A stretch of 63,566 nucleotides of DNA, filler included, from Vannella sp. (GCA_023345925.1; 5 parts of 5 records of this genome joined end to end with filler, not necessarily neighbours in it), one strand, 5' to 3'. Shown: positions 45,901 through 59,130, counted from the whole stretch's first letter. Numbers and translations: made by a program. The notes: a model not told the origin generated them from the sequence alone.

Positions 45901-47770
45901 TATCATTGAATGTATTATGAATCGAACCAACTCTGCCTCTGGAACAAGCCAGCTGGGAGAGAAGCCAATGAACTGCGCGGAAGACATCATCTCCACTCTG
46001 GCTTCCGTAGACTCCTCTCAATTGCCCGGCAAACTCCTCCACAACCTCCTTGACTTGTTCCAACAGGCCTCCAAGGAAGCGGGCTTAGTCCGAATGGAGA
46101 GCTCCTCCAATTGGGTGCGTTGCGAAGTGCTTCTCCGTTTGCTCTTGACTCTGGCCTTCCAAAACCTCATCGACTTGGAACGTCACCTTCCCGAGATCTG
46201 GCACGTCGTGATGATGCTCTTCTTCTCGGGAGACTCGCTCATCCGGGCTAACGTTTATGCATTCTTCATGAACATGGTCCATTCCATGCTGTGCCACCCC
46301 ATTGTTCCCGCTGATAAGCAGCAAACACTGCGCTTCCTCTTTACTAAGCTGGAGCACTTGCAACACCGCATCCACTTTGGGGTTGCCGGGGATGACTTCA
46401 ATCCTTACAAGGCTCGCGTTGACCGAGACGGGAAGCTCGATAACTTGCCCATCAACGCGGCAGAGTCCGTGGCGCGCGCTCTCTTTTCTGTGCTGAGCTG
46501 CACCACCACGAATGTCACTTGCATTGGCTCTCCTCTCCATGCCCGCTGGCTCAGTCTCACTTCCGAAGCAGCCTTCCGTCCGAACGTCTGCCTGCAACCC
46601 AGAGCGATTATGACATTGGGCGTGATTGCCACGGATGTGTCCCTTGTCAGTGATGACTTGATCACTCAGCTGCTCCGTTTGCTGCGGACCTCTTTGGCAG
46701 ACCCCAACGTCTCAGACGACTTTGCCATTGCCATTGTCAGTTGTCTGTCCCACCTTGTCGAGTACGTGTCCATCGAGTCGCGGTACTATCGCTTCTTCTT
46801 CTGGCTGTGCATGTCCCTCGTTGAATTGCACATTCCCAAGCTCTTCAGTCCTTGTGTGCAGCTGCTGCGGGCTGTTATCTCTGACCTGCATCGACGAGGC
46901 TTCCTTCAAGGCATTGGCCTTTCAAGCTACGCTTTAGAAGCTCGCAAAGGCCGCTTCAAGTCTGTCCTGAATCGAATGGACACTGAAACAGGTCTCAGCT
47001 TTTCGGGCAGCTTCTCCTTCGCCTTTGCCGGGCATTTGCTGAAAGGCCTGCGCAACAGCACCACCAAAGCAGCCACCATGCGCTTGCTTTCCGACCTTTT
47101 TGACCTGAACGAAGAGCCCAATCCTTCCCAGATTCTCGGATACCTCGCCCTTCTCCTCCCTCTCAGTGGAGAGGACGCAGCTTCCCATCTCCGCCAGATG
47201 TAAGTCCTCATCCTCATGCATTCCCCCTCCCTCTCCCAGCCTCTCTCTCTCTCTGTCTCTCTCTCTCTCTCTGTCGAGTTTCTGTGATCTGACTAGCCTC
47301 TTAGCCTCATCCAAGCTTCCGGGGAAACGGGCAGCCAGTCTCTGTTCAACTCGAGCATTGTCACGAGCAAATCGCAATGCGCATTGCTTCTAACGTTCCT
47401 CGCGACCATCCTGAAAGGCGCCGAAGTGGCGCACGAACAATTGTTCATTTACCGTTCCTTCGAGGAGGGCGTGAACTTCATGCCAGACGTCTTCCCTCTC
47501 ACCTTCGACGTCCTCCAGAAGAAGATGGAACAAGTGGTCAGCTCCTCCCAGAGTCCGGACATTCTCGCTTCCGTCCTTTCGATAATGGACTCCATCTACT
47601 CCCAGCAGCTCGATACCATCCATGCCGTCCCTCCCGAGACCTTGAAAGAGTATCTGGATGCTGTTAAGTTCACCAGACTCGGAGAAAGCGACCAATTCCA
47701 CCCCCAACGCAACGACGTCCTCCTCCCGATTGTCTGTAAAATGCTCGATTTGGCCATTGAAGAGCCCTGA
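39969..47770 (+). CDS. NF1: Neurofibromin (NF1/IRA/AxeB-like RasGAP with Sec14-PH module)
   Basis: ~2500-aa HEAT-like protein. GAP motifs LFRLNSMATKL, FLRYLCPSIV, KVLQNLAN; CRAL-TRIO PLLYYIAR..LVIDLT; PSNVPGTLLNMALLNL; MTLEFL. Confidence 0.93.
47241..47275 (+). repeat. (CT)n microsatellite in the last NF1 intron
   Basis: CTCTCTCTCTCTCTGTCTCTCTCTCTCTCTCTGTC. Confidence 0.9.
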
Positions 47771-47852
47771 GCCTCTCCTCTCCTCCCCTCCTTCTCTGTT
47801 TCCCCTTCTAAAGGCGTTTCTCGCTTCTTCGGAGCCATTTCGTGGCAGCTCG

Positions 47853-50551
47853 ATGGGGAAGGGAACGCCCGCGAGCACTCCTCGCACCAAGCGCGGCTTG
47901 CAACGGGACTTTCTTGTAAGTGTAGTGTAGTGTAGAGGTTCTCTCTTGTTCTAGGGTGAGAGGGCGGCCGGGGAGCTGGTCTGATCGCGTGCTTGGGAGA
48001 GTAGAAAGTCAAACAGAAGGTTGGCAAGAAGAAGATCGTCCAGAATGCTACCAAGACGGACTTCAAGTCACGCAGTACGTACTGATCTGGTGTTTACTCA
48101 GCAACGAGCAGGAGAGACTCACCAACCCCTCTCCAGACATCAACATGCCAAACCAAGGTGGTTTGGTCGCCAAGCAAGTCACAGAGCTGCTCACCACCCG
48201 CAAACTCAACCTTGGAGATCTTCTAGCACGTCTAGCTCATCACAACGCTTCAATGCGACGACGTACGAAGTATCCTTTCCCTCCCTTCATTCACTGATCG
48301 GTCTCCAGAGGGTTTGGAAGGCATCAAAGAGCTCTGCGAGTTCGCTCATCAAGAAGACAATCAGCGTGAAGACCCAATCAAGCAAGAACTAGGCCGTGTC
48401 CTCCAAGGAGTCTGCAAACTCATGGCCGACGAGGAAGGCGCTGTCCGTAGTACTCTCCTGGGCGTGCTTTCTACTCTGATCTCCTCGTATCCCACGCACC
48501 TTATGGAACCTCATCTCAAACTAGTGACCATTTATGTCTGTAATGGAATGACACACTTGAACAAGAGCATTCGCGCTCACTCTTTGGAGTTTCTCGACCT
48601 CCTTACGAGCCACCTGCCTGAACTGATGTCTCAGTACACGGATCAGATCATACCTAACTACATCTACCTCCTCGTCCTCGCTTCCCGCTCTGTGAACAAC
48701 ACATCCCAGTCCAGTTCCGCTGGTTCAGCACCGATCGCCTCTGCACTGGCCAACAAGACCAAAGGGGGCGATGAAGGGAGTGATACCAAAGGGAAGAAGA
48801 CAGGAACAACTAACATGCGCCTGCGAGTGATCACTTCCTTCCTCAAGTACCTGAAAGGCATTTTCCGACTCTCTGGAGGGTCCAGTCCTTCTTCAGAAGG
48901 CACCAAAAGCTCTCCAGACATCAAGTGGGGGATAGATGAAGCCAACAAACTCCCTTTCGGGATGTCAGGAGCTCACCGAACAGCACATCAGCTCGTCACA
49001 ATGTTGAATGGAGACCGCGAAGCGAACCAGTCCGTATTCAGTCTCTCTCGAGTTCTACAAGCATCCACTCACGATGCACGGAGAAACAGAGTCTCTAGAG
49101 ACGCCAACGGAACGTGGTGGCACGGACTACGGGCCGAAGAGGAGATAAGTCAATTGGCCCAACAAGTGACTCCCATTCTCGTTGACTACTGGATGGAAGC
49201 CCTCCCCACAGAGTTCCCTAACACAACAGACAATCTCCTCATGATGCAGCGTATCCTGGATATCCTCGCACTCATCCACGGTAACTGCCACGCTCTCGAA
49301 GGAGACCTTCGACCGGGAGACCTTGGCAGCTTCACAATGCTCCAGAAATACGTTTTCTCTCACTTTCCTTATGCAGACCGCATGATTAGACTCCCAGGGG
49401 AACGCTCTGCCGTCAATCTAAGCGAAAAGTTCAACTATTCTGTTTGCTTAATCGCCAAACGCTTCATTACTGTCCAGCAGCTCTCAGAGAAGTGGACTAA
49501 CAGTATGCTGCAGTACATTGTAGGCTGCTTTGAGAACAACGATGAAGGAATGGAGCCGCTTCTGGAGCTTGTGGAACACTTTTTCTGTATCTCACTTCGT
49601 GCTCCTCTTGAGGACCAAGCGGACCCCACTGGCCTTTGGGAGGCCTTCACTGACTTCTATTTAGAGCTTTCTCCCCAGTCCCCCATGAAGCGGGTCTGTT
49701 TGAGCTTCATCCAAAGAGTCTTGCGATTGAAATACTCTTTGGCCGATCCCATTCGCCACGACTCCTTCATCCCCCAAAGTGTGGAGGAGAGTTGGTTAAC
49801 CTCCTTCCCCCGTCTACTCTTCAAACTCAAGTCAAAGTCACTTTACGACATGACAGAACGAGTTTTTGACATTGTCCTGGAATACGCCAGCCACATCCGT
49901 TCTCCCTCTTCCCAAACCCTTTTCGACCAAATCCAACCGAGTTTCCATCCGTTCTTCTTTGCCTCTGCCGGGGGAAAGGACTTTTACGGTCCCTTCCTTC
50001 AGTGTCCCGCAGCGGTTCAAAAGAAGGCCATCGTCTTGCTCTACTCCTTTGGCCGACTCTCTCCGTCGCTGCTCAAGGCGCTGGTCATGTGCGCTCGCTT
50101 TCCTCATAAGCTGGCGGCGGACCTTCTCGTGCTGATGTTGGAAATTGTCACTTTAAAGATGGACTCGCTCAGCATCCCTGAGTACGTCAGTTTCCTGCTA
50201 AACCTCACCCGCGCTGTTGGAACTGAACAGGAGAAGTGGAACGCGTCACAACGCAAGTCGGCTGAAATGGCCGAACTGGCAGTGACAGAGCGAGTGGGTC
50301 TGCTTGTTCAACTGGTTCCTTACAGTAGGCGCTGTGTTCATGTGCTTGGTCCAAGTGTCTGCTTTATGTTCCAAGAATGCGGGCTGAATCAGAGGCAGCA
50401 AGAGGCCCTGACCAAGCTTTACGCCACTTCCTTGGTCTGCTCCACCCCGACCATCCTCTTGGAAGCGGCCTTCACAGGAATCCGCGACATTCTCTCCTCC
50501 TCTCCCAACCACCAGACCGTTATCGACCACTTTGGCTGTTCATTCGAATAA
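47853..50551 (+). CDS. Pre-rRNA processing protein IPI1/TEX10-like, multi-exon
   Basis: RDF-KVKQKVGKKK..NATKTDFKS, LLARLAHHNASMR, MTHLNKSIRAHSLEFLDLL match the Ipi1_N pattern. Confidence 0.85.
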
Positions 50552-50737
50552 ACGGAGCTTTTGGGAGTCTGGACTGACCGGCCTTTGGAGGAGAAGTCCG
50601 TTTGGTTGACCAATCCGCTTTCCTTCTCAACCGAAGAGGGAAAAGGGCAGGAAAGGGGAGTTTGGGGTCATTCCGGGTCCCGAGTTGGGGAAAGGCGTGC
50701 AAGAGCGAGGGCGAGGGCAAGTCAGAGCAGAAGTGAG

Positions 50738-51607
50738 ATGAGCAGAAAGATAAGCACACCCGTGAATCAGATCCGCTTGACGAATGTTGCGATGGTGCGC
50801 CTGAAGAAGGGAGGAAAGCGCTTTGAGATCGCCACGTACCCGAACAAGGTGACCGAATGGAGGCAAGGAGTGTAAGTACGCGATCTCCTGCCGAATCCAG
50901 CACTCAGACCAGGTGGGATCTAGAGAGAAGGACATTGATGAAGTACTACAAACAGATACAGTCTTCCTGAACGTCTCCAAAGGTGTGGTGGCCAAGAAGG
51001 AGGAACTCGTCAGCTGTTTTGGGCACGATGACACCGCCAAGGCCTGCTTAGAGATCCTTAACAAGGGAGAACTTCAAGTAGGAGCAAAAGAACGCCAACA
51101 CCAGACCGATCAAACGTTCCGCGACATCGCCACCATCGTCGCAGAGAAATGCGTCAATCCCTTGACCAACAAGGCCATCACTGCGGGCTTGGTAGAGCGG
51201 GCTATGAAGGAGATCCACTACTCTGTCAAGCCAGGCAAGAGTGCCAAGACGCAAGCGCTCTCAGTGATCCGCCTCCTCCAGGAGAAGGACGCCATCCCAA
51301 TCAAGCGCGCTCAAATGCGTTTAAAGGTCGAAGCACCCAAAGGTGCGGGCCGCAAGATCAAGGAACTCCTTGCCGGGATCATCAACTCGGTCGAGGAAGA
51401 GTCCTTTGAAGAGTTCTTCACTTATGTAAGCGAGGGAGGGAAAAGGTGTCCTTCTGGGTGCTGATTAAGAGGTAGACGTTCACTGCAGACCCTGGCAAGT
51501 ACCGAGAAGTGGACGAGATCATCTCAAAGGCTACTCGTAACAAGGGATCGCTGGAAGTGCTGGACGTGAGCGTCACCGAGGACGTCGAAGAAGAAGGAGA
51601 GGAGTAA
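50738..51607 (+). CDS. SBDS: Ribosome maturation protein SBDS/Sdo1, two introns
   Basis: [61 protein letters not shown]. Confidence 0.96.
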
Positions 51608-51656
51608 ACGACCCCTGTTGATGCCAAAGAGGGTGTTTATCGGTACGAATGTGGGC

Positions 51657-52415
51657 TCAGTAGTAGTCCTTATCGATAGCAGTGCTGCAGATGTACGTAG
51701 TACCGGCGTACTGCTTGATGTTGGGCTGAGTCCATCCTCCAAAGGCGGAGAAGTCGGAGAAGGATGCTTTGTTGTCGTAGTGAGCGTACCACAACTGATA
51801 GTGAGAGAACATGGAAGTGTTGCACATGATAGGAGACCATTGGCTGGAGCTGGAGTAGATTCCAACGCAAGTGCTCTTTCCACATCCCTTGTAGAGCGAA
51901 TCAATGGTGGAAATAGCCGTCTTCAACCAGTTCTGGTTGGTAGTGCATGAGCTGGACCAGTACTGAGTGCCTTCAATGTCCATCCAGATCATGTTCTTGG
52001 TCAAGACTCCGCTGCTCTTCATGCTGTTCACTAAAGTGGTGATCAGAGACTTTGCATCGAGCTTAGTGTCAGGGAAGATGTAAACATCAACGTTGGGGAA
52101 GACTTTGCGAGCATTGGCAACCGCAGTGCCGACTGAGAAAGTCAGTGACGCGGGACAGAGGGCAAAAGGACTCTCTTACGGTAAGGGTTGATGGCACCCT
52201 GGCTACCCTTAGTGGCTTCAATGATACCAAAGTTGTATCCACTGTTTTTCAAGCATTGGAATGTGTTCACAGACACAGCACCCTGGAAGTAACTGAGATC
52301 GAATCCCGTCGCTAACGAACAATCAGTCCTCTCTTCCATCTGATGGAGGTATCTCACTGGCATGGGATGCAGGAACGCAGAGGCATATGGCAACTAAAAG
52401 AGCAACAACTTTCAT
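51657..52415 (-). CDS. Secreted GH25-type (protist/nematode-type) lysozyme, two introns
   Basis: Signal peptide MKVVALLVAIC, GFDLS..FQCLKNSGY, DVYIFP, WMDIEG, GIYSSSSQW, LWYAHYD..FSDF..FGGW..P.IKQY. Confidence 0.9.
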
Positions 52416-52884
52416 GGCAGGGAGGAGAAAAAGTGGTGAAGCCGTTGCTGATCATTATTCCACATTTATTATGATTTGGAATCTTCCAACGCCAGTTTTT
52501 CCAACTTCAAAAAAGTGACGTTCAAACGAGCCCAAACAGTCCCTCTAATCGAGAATGACTACAACATCCTCTTGGCGTCACCCTCTTCCCAAGCTTTGGC
52601 TTTCGATGCGCTTTATCTTCTCGCGCTATCCCGTCATATTTACGACAAAGTCCTGTAATGGTCGATTTAATCGAGAATTACTACAACGGAACGAGCCCCG
52701 CGGTGGAGGCACGTTGGGGTGATCAGTTCCGCTGATGACTCGATCGAATTGAACCGTGGCTTATTCACTGCAAGAGAAACGCGTCGGCTCACAGTAACAC
52801 ACCCCTTGTCATTCATCGCGAATGACCAGAGTGCTGAAGGTGCCAGTCCACAAGGAGGATTCTTCTTTCGGGCAATGTTCAAGG

Positions 52885-52984
52885 NNNNNNNNNNNNNNNN
52901 NNNNNNNNNNNNNNNNNNNNNNNNNNNNTTAATTAATTAANNNNNNNNNNNNNNNNNNNNNNNNNNNNNNNNNNNNNNNNNNNN
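52885..52984. other. Artificial contig spacer
   Basis: N44-TTAATTAATTAA-N44. Confidence 0.97.
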
Positions 52985-53481
52985 GTAGTGATAAGGTCGC
53001 TGGTATCTTTACATCGAGGGAGGAGGAGGCGTACAGTCTCCAACGAGCCGTTGGTGACTGCCGTTTCGATGGGCAGCTCGCCCATGCTGTTGTGGCGATG
53101 GGGATTCGCCTCGCATTGGATGAGATAGCGAACAACGCTGGAGTTGTCTTCATGGCAAGCCCAATGAAGGGGAGTGTTGCCGTGCTCGTCCTGCCACTCC
53201 ACATCAGCGCCATGGAGGACCAAGTACTTGACGATGGAGATATCTCCTCTGCAGGCAGCCCAGTGGAGAGGTGTCTCCATAGAGACGTTCGGAGCATCAA
53301 TAGAACACCCACTTTGCACCAAAGTGGTAACCAATTGCAGATTCTGCGCCACCACTGCGAAATGAAGAGGCGAGGAGCCGTGGTCTGTGGTATCTGTGAG
53401 GTCCCCCAACGTCGTTAACTCCAGTCTTGGTTCCAGAGAAGCAGATTGGTCCAAGCATTGCTGGTGGAGAACAGGCCACAT
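52985..53481 (-). CDS. Ankyrin repeat protein, 3' end truncated
   Basis: GSSPLHFAV, ETPLHWAA, GNTPLHWAC, GELPIETA. Confidence 0.88.
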
Positions 53482-53702
53482 GCACGAGGATGCCCGGACA
53501 CGAAGAAATGCGGTCAGAAAAAGGAAAAAGAACGTTTTGGCCTAATTTAGAAATAAAGGTAGTGAACCACACCTTTTGTTGCCTTTCGTGTTCTATTCAA
53601 GGAATGATGTCTGAAAATGGACTGAAAATTTTCGGCTGGTGTGGACGACCACAACAACCCCACCAAGTCCTACACCAAGCTAAATGTGGTGATGGTTTAT
53701 TC

Positions 53703-56700
53703 TTAGGGAGAGAGGCTCTCTGGAACGAAGGGCATAGGGTGGCTGTCCGTGGAAGAGGCGCTTTCAGTGGAGAGATCCTCCGAATCTTCTGATTCCTCCT
53801 CCGAATCTTCTTCTTCTTCTTCTTCTTCGGAGCTCGCCACAAAGTGTTGAGTGGTAACTCGGAGGTTAGAACTACGTTTGAGAGAATTGTTCCTCGAGCG
53901 CCTTCCGGGAACGGGGATATCGTCCTCTTCAAAGAGTCGCGGAGAGTTCTTGACATAAGACTCCTGAGAGATGGCATGCAGGTTGGGCAGATTCATAAAA
54001 GAGAAGTTCAGGTAAGGGTTACTGGCCTCCAGGCTTCCAATCTCTAAAGCATCTTCGCCCTCCGAATCCTCCGAATCCGTGTACTGAATTCGCTCTAAGT
54101 TGTTGTCCATTCCGTCCAAAGAAGACTGAATGGCTTCCATATCCAACCGAAATGATTCTCCGGCTCGGTCCGAATCTGCAAAGTAGTCAGTGAGCCAGTC
54201 AGTCTGGAGGCAAATGAGAGTGCCTCACCAAAGAAGCTCGTGTCTGTTTCATCCTTAACCTTGGGAATGAAAGCGGCTTTCTGCTCGAAGAGTGTGTCCC
54301 ACTCTATTCCTTCAAAGAATGGATGTTTCTTGATCTCTGCAACTCAGTTAGAACATGACATGGACATGCAGTACTGGAAAGGACTTCTCTCACCCTTTAC
54401 AGTAATTCGCTCGGAAGGGTCTAACGTGAGGAGCTTAGAGATTAAGTCATAAGCTTCCCAAGACAGTTCTTCTGGAATTTCAGGCCAAGATAGATCCAAG
54501 GTGACGATATTCTCGAAGATCTCAGCAGTGGAGTCGGCATTAAAAGGAGGGAACCCGAGTATGAATTCGTAAAGAATGACTCCCAGTGACCACCAGTCGA
54601 CTTCTTTACCATGGCCTTGCCCAAGAATAACCTCAGGAGCGAGATAATCTGGCGTTCCCACTTTGCTAGTGAGTCGGGTGGTCCCATTGGATGCCAAAGT
54701 GGGAATATCTCTAGTCATCAGCTCAGCAATATCCGGCTCTGTCTTGAGAAGTGGAGAAAGAATGGATAGCTTCTCACTATTTGGATCCTCGCCAGGAAAT
54801 GCGCTGTAAATGTCAAATTCCATCAGCCCGTAGCGGCTCAGTCCAAAGTCAGTAAGTTTGATATGACCATCAATACTGATCAGAAGATTATCAGGCTTCA
54901 AGTCCCGATGCACAATCCCCTTGGAATGACAATACTCAAGAGCCAGGACGACTTCAGCGGCGTAGGTTCGGGCCATATCTTCTCCAAAACTGCCAAGACC
55001 CTGTAAAAGGCTGTAAACGTCACCTCCTTGGATGTACTCCATCACCCAAAAGAGATAATCTTTGCTTTGGAAGGTATAAAAGAGCCTCACAACGAAGGGA
55101 TTCTGGACGTTATGCAAAATGTCCCTTTCCATGATAATACTCCTCTGCTGGTTCTTGTTGACTGTGTCCGCCTTCTTGATCACCTTCATGGCATAAAGAT
55201 CCCCTGTAGTACGTTTCCGGACCAGGAAGACCCTCCCGTAAGCGCCTTTGGAGATGGGCTTGACAATATCAAAGTCACTAATTGATGGCTTGTGGTACAA
55301 CGCTTGCGTTCCCTCCTCCAGTGAAGAGATCACCTTCTCGAGTAACTGGTATTTGGACTGCATGATGACTCGTAACTTCGCAAGGATTGGTTCTAAGCGA
55401 GGGCAGGTCGTCACTTGGTAATGGTCGAGCAGCTCGCAGATCTTTTCGCACAGCTCCAGCGATCGCGTGTTATCCGTGGACATCTGGATGTTCTGAAGTT
55501 CTATCAGAAGCTCGCATAGCTCGTGGCAGACGACCTGAGTGGGCTCATGAGGATGCTTTGACTTTTGGACCTCTTCGAAGCGGGAGATGATCTTCGTGAT
55601 CTTCTGGTCCAATTCGTTGGCTCTGAAGAGGGGTGAGGGTGTTGCTACAGTATGAATGGGAGGAAGCCGGCTCTTACTCAGCGCGGAAGCTTTGGATGCC
55701 ACTTGTGATGGGGATGCAAAGCTTGCGGTGGTTTCCCCACTCGCTAAAGGGGATTGGTTGATCGCATAAGCGACAGTAGACTGTCCCCTCTTCCTTTGAT
55801 ACTTCTGAGATAGTATGGGTGCGCTGCAGACGATGTTGGATGGGTTTCGGAATAGCATGCGTCCCAGCCCGTTCCCTCCTCGAAGGCTTCTTCTCTTTCT
55901 TTCGCTTCTGGACGGGGGGTGGTGTTGCTGGGCTTGGCTCGAACCCATCCTGAGCTCGCCTCTTCTGCATGGCCAGGACGCTTCGTAACTTTTGCCCCGT
56001 CGTTCCCACCAGGAAGACCGGATTGAGGACAGCAGGGTTGTCGGCACTGTCCCTAGAAGGTCAATACCGTGTAACATCACCAAGGAGCTCCACTTACGGG
56101 TTAGAGAAGGGCGCAGACATCCTTGCTCTTCGGATTTTGTCGTGGCTTGATGAGACTTGGCTCCTCTTCAATGATCCTGAGAGCGTGTAAGTGGCTACTG
56201 AGACATCATCAGAAGTGGTAGTAGCATCTCACCATGGGATCCGGGACTGGAGTCTTGAGAGGGAGCAGACGACGTCAAGTCTTCCTTCTTCCAAGAGTCT
56301 TCCTTACGAGCTGATGACTAAGAACAGGGTGAGTAAAGAGCTTTGCATGTAGAAGGACACCCACAAGGAAGTTGGCAACACGTGAGAGACTGGAAATCTT
56401 CAAAAGAGTCTGAGTGATGGCTATTCGCTTCGGCCACGCCGGGTTCCATGATTGTTGGAGGTGCAGAAGCTTCTTGACACTATCTCCACAACACCCTTGC
56501 ATGAGGTCGGCCGTAGTCATGTCAATGACCTCCTGAATGATTTCTACAAGACGGTCCAAGGTGGATTGATAACCCTCGTCATCGTGGAGTGACTGGAGCT
56601 CTGGAACGAGAGTCTCAAGGTCTTCTGCAAGCTGTGTATCAAAGGCAATCTTTTGGAGCTGCAGCCGGTTCTCCAACTCGTCACAAGCCGACAAGTAGTT

Positions 56701-56889
56701 CTCCCAGTTGTCGCAACTATAACTACGGCTGATCGTCGGGCGTAACGTGGCGTCCAAGCTCACAGGAACAGGAATCTGTCTCCCCTTCACTTCCGAGACC
56801 GATCTCAGACGCTCCCCCGTTATACTCCGCGGAGATTCACCCTCCAAAGCCGCCAAGATCCCCGCCGGCTGGGAGGGCACGCTCGTCAT
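53703..56889 (-). CDS. MAST/Greatwall/Rim15(IRE)-like AGC Ser/Thr kinase, multi-exon
   Basis: [48 protein letters not shown] and NFSFMNL hydrophobic motif. Confidence 0.9.
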
Positions 56890-56957
56890 CAATTGACCTG
56901 CAAATAATGATACTCCTCAGGATATTTAATAATGTCAACAAACGAATGTTCTTTTAT

Positions 56958-58769
56958 TTACATTTCACCTTGTTTGGCGAGTTGCTCTTGGAGGTGCTGG
57001 ACTTGGAGGAGGAGTTCGAGGTTCTCTGTGGTTAGGGTGGAGGAGAGGAGGGCAAATCGGAGGGTGAGGAGGAAGAGGAGGAGGAGGAGGGCCATGATGA
57101 GTTGAGGGCGGAAGCGGCGGCATTGTACAAGGAAGAAGAAAAGTGCTTTGATGTGGAAGGAGCGGGTTTCGATCGTGTCCTTCTCTTTGATGGTGAGTGG
57201 TGGCGCTTTGGGGATAGCAGATCGAATTTCAGGGGCTTCTAGTCCTGCCACTCGCTTTGTTTGGGCGGTCACGTTCATAGCGGACTGGATCCAGCTTCGG
57301 AACCACTCGCTGGAGCCTTCAATCGATGTCTCTTCAATAACGGAGCGGAAGAAGACCTTCTTAGTGAACTTGACACCCACAGCAATGCTCAGCTCACAGT
57401 TGACAGCCTCAAACTGCTTCATGGACCAGAAAGCCTCCACAGAGAAGTGGTTGCTGTAAGGAGTGTCCTTGGAGACCGAGCTGGTCTCGAAGATGATCTC
57501 TGAAGGGGATGCAAAGCGATAGCGCTGTGTTTGGATGATACGTGTGCTACTATTCAGTGATAACATCGTCCGAACGGCTGTCCGAAACTCCAACTGCCGC
57601 TCGTAGCAACATCTGTCCGCGCTCGGGGCCCATTTGGTGTGGAGAGTTACTTCATAGCCTCCACGCAAGATGAACTCCTTCCAGAAAGGAATGCTGAGGT
57701 CAGAGATGAAGCGCTGGAAGAACTCCGCGACGGGTAAGCGAAGAATCTCGTTGTACCGCGGAGGGGCATTGTACAGTTTGGCAAAGCCGTGGGTGCACTG
57801 GTCGTTCTCAATCTCTTCTCCAATGATCTCAGAAGCATCTAAAGACCAGTCCACTTCGTTATCATCGAGGTCGATGTCCTCCATGTCGATCTGGTCGATA
57901 ACGGGCATTCCCAACTTCTTACGAACCAGGCGCCAGCGCGAATCCATTAGATTGAAGGCTTCAGCACGGTGAAGGAAGGAAGAGAAGAAGTACTTGCGGT
58001 CTGCTGTGCGGATCTCCAAGCAGTTGGGGATGGAGCGAAGAGCTCGACACTTGCGGATGCAAATAATCTCACTGAAAGGCAGTGTGATGACCACCTTCTT
58101 GTGGAGGAGCTTAGCCCAGTAGCAAACATAGTTTTGGCTTACAAAGAGACTCCCTTGGGCCAGCAGCATCTTGCTGAGGATGAGAGCACAGAGGAAGCTG
58201 TCGATGACCATCTCTTCTCCCAAGTTGAAGCGCTTCTCGAACTTTCGTTGGTTCGTAGACCTGCTCCTGGGACTTGTGGCTATCTCTGATTCATCCGCCT
58301 CGAAGACAGGTGGCAACGAGAGCTCTCTTTTCCTGACGCTTTGGGTGAGATTGCTGTCGCTCTTGAAGGCAGACTTGGTCTTGACAAGCAAGTTGTCTGA
58401 GCTTCCGTTACGGTAGAAAGGAGGCTTCTCTGGACGGTGCGTTCGGCTGGTCTGAGAGCCAGTCGCCATGGGGGGATCGTCCGTGACGGCCCTTTTGGTC
58501 AAGTTGGCGAGGCTCACGGGGCCAGAGACTGTGACAGCCCTCCTTCTTGGAAGTGAGTTCAACTGCACTGCAGGTATCTCTTCGTCGTGCGCGTCTTGAA
58601 GAGCTGGAGAGGTCTCATCTGGGATCCCCATTTCCTCTGTTTCGGTGTTCCTCCGCTTGAACTTCTTCATTCCCGGTAGTTTAGACACCTGAGTGGCAGC
58701 TCGAGTAGGGAACTTGATCTTCTTCTTCGCATTGACACTGGGAAGGTCCCGGTCAGCATCGCCCGCCAT
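56958..58769 (-). CDS. GRAM-VASt (Aster/LAM-like) sterol transfer protein with a C-terminal TM
   Basis: GRAM FLCAL..QGSLFVSQNYVCY; VASt DTPYSNHFSVEAFW..VKFTK; TM LIMALLLLLFLL. Confidence 0.88.
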   Translation of the reverse strand: MAGDADRDLPSVNAKKKIKFPTRAATQVSKLPGMKKFKRRNTETEEMGIPDETSPALQDAHDEEIPAVQLNSLPRRRAVTVSGPVSLANLTKRAVTDDPPMATGSQTSRTHRPEKPPFYRNGSSDNLLVKTKSAFKSDSNLTQSVRKRELSLPPVFEADESEIATSPRSRSTNQRKFEKRFNLGEEMVIDSFLCALILSKMLLAQGSLFVSQNYVCYWAKLLHKKVVITLPFSEIICIRKCRALRSIPNCLEIRTADRKYFFSSFLHRAEAFNLMDSRWRLVRKKLGMPVIDQIDMEDIDLDDNEVDWSLDASEIIGEEIENDQCTHGFAKLYNAPPRYNEILRLPVAEFFQRFISDLSIPFWKEFILRGGYEVTLHTKWAPSADRCCYERQLEFRTAVRTMLSLNSSTRIIQTQRYRFASPSEIIFETSSVSKDTPYSNHFSVEAFWSMKQFEAVNCELSIAVGVKFTKKVFFRSVIEETSIEGSSEWFRSWIQSAMNVTAQTKRVAGLEAPEIRSAIPKAPPLTIKEKDTIETRSFHIKALFFFLVQCRRFRPQLIMALLLLLFLLTLRFALLSSTLTTENLELLLQVQHLQEQLAKQGEM

Positions 58770-59130
58770 CTTTGTCGGCAAGAGGGGGAATGAACGCTCA
58801 GTTCACCCCAAAATGGTTGACCAAGAGTCCCCAACAGCCCTTCTTCGATGACATTCATGCAAGCGATCAACAAACCCATCCTCAAGAAGGAGAAGCCCTT
58901 CATCGAGTGTTTGATCATGGAAAGTGCGTTTAGAAGACAACTGTGGGCGTAGGTGTCATTATGGGTGGCCTAGAAGGCCTTCTTGATGATGCTGGTGGCT
59001 CTGATTGCACGCTGAGTGGCAAAAGAGTGCTCTGAGTGCTCTGAGAGGGAGGCTCAAAGCCCTCTCTCTCTCTCTTTCCCCTGAGTGTGGCCCAACCCAC
59101 TAACTCTTGTATATGCCATCAAAGGGTAGT

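Noticed and set aside
52725..52845. TGATGA...CTGA pair suggesting a box C/D snoRNA
   Set aside because: Weak C box, no terminal stem, and no rRNA antisense element that I can identify.
39121..53481. Two similar ankyrin genes appearing to flank the NF1-SBDS block in inverted orientation
   Set aside because: They lie on different contigs and the similarity is at ankyrin-consensus level, so there is no evidence for a mobile unit.
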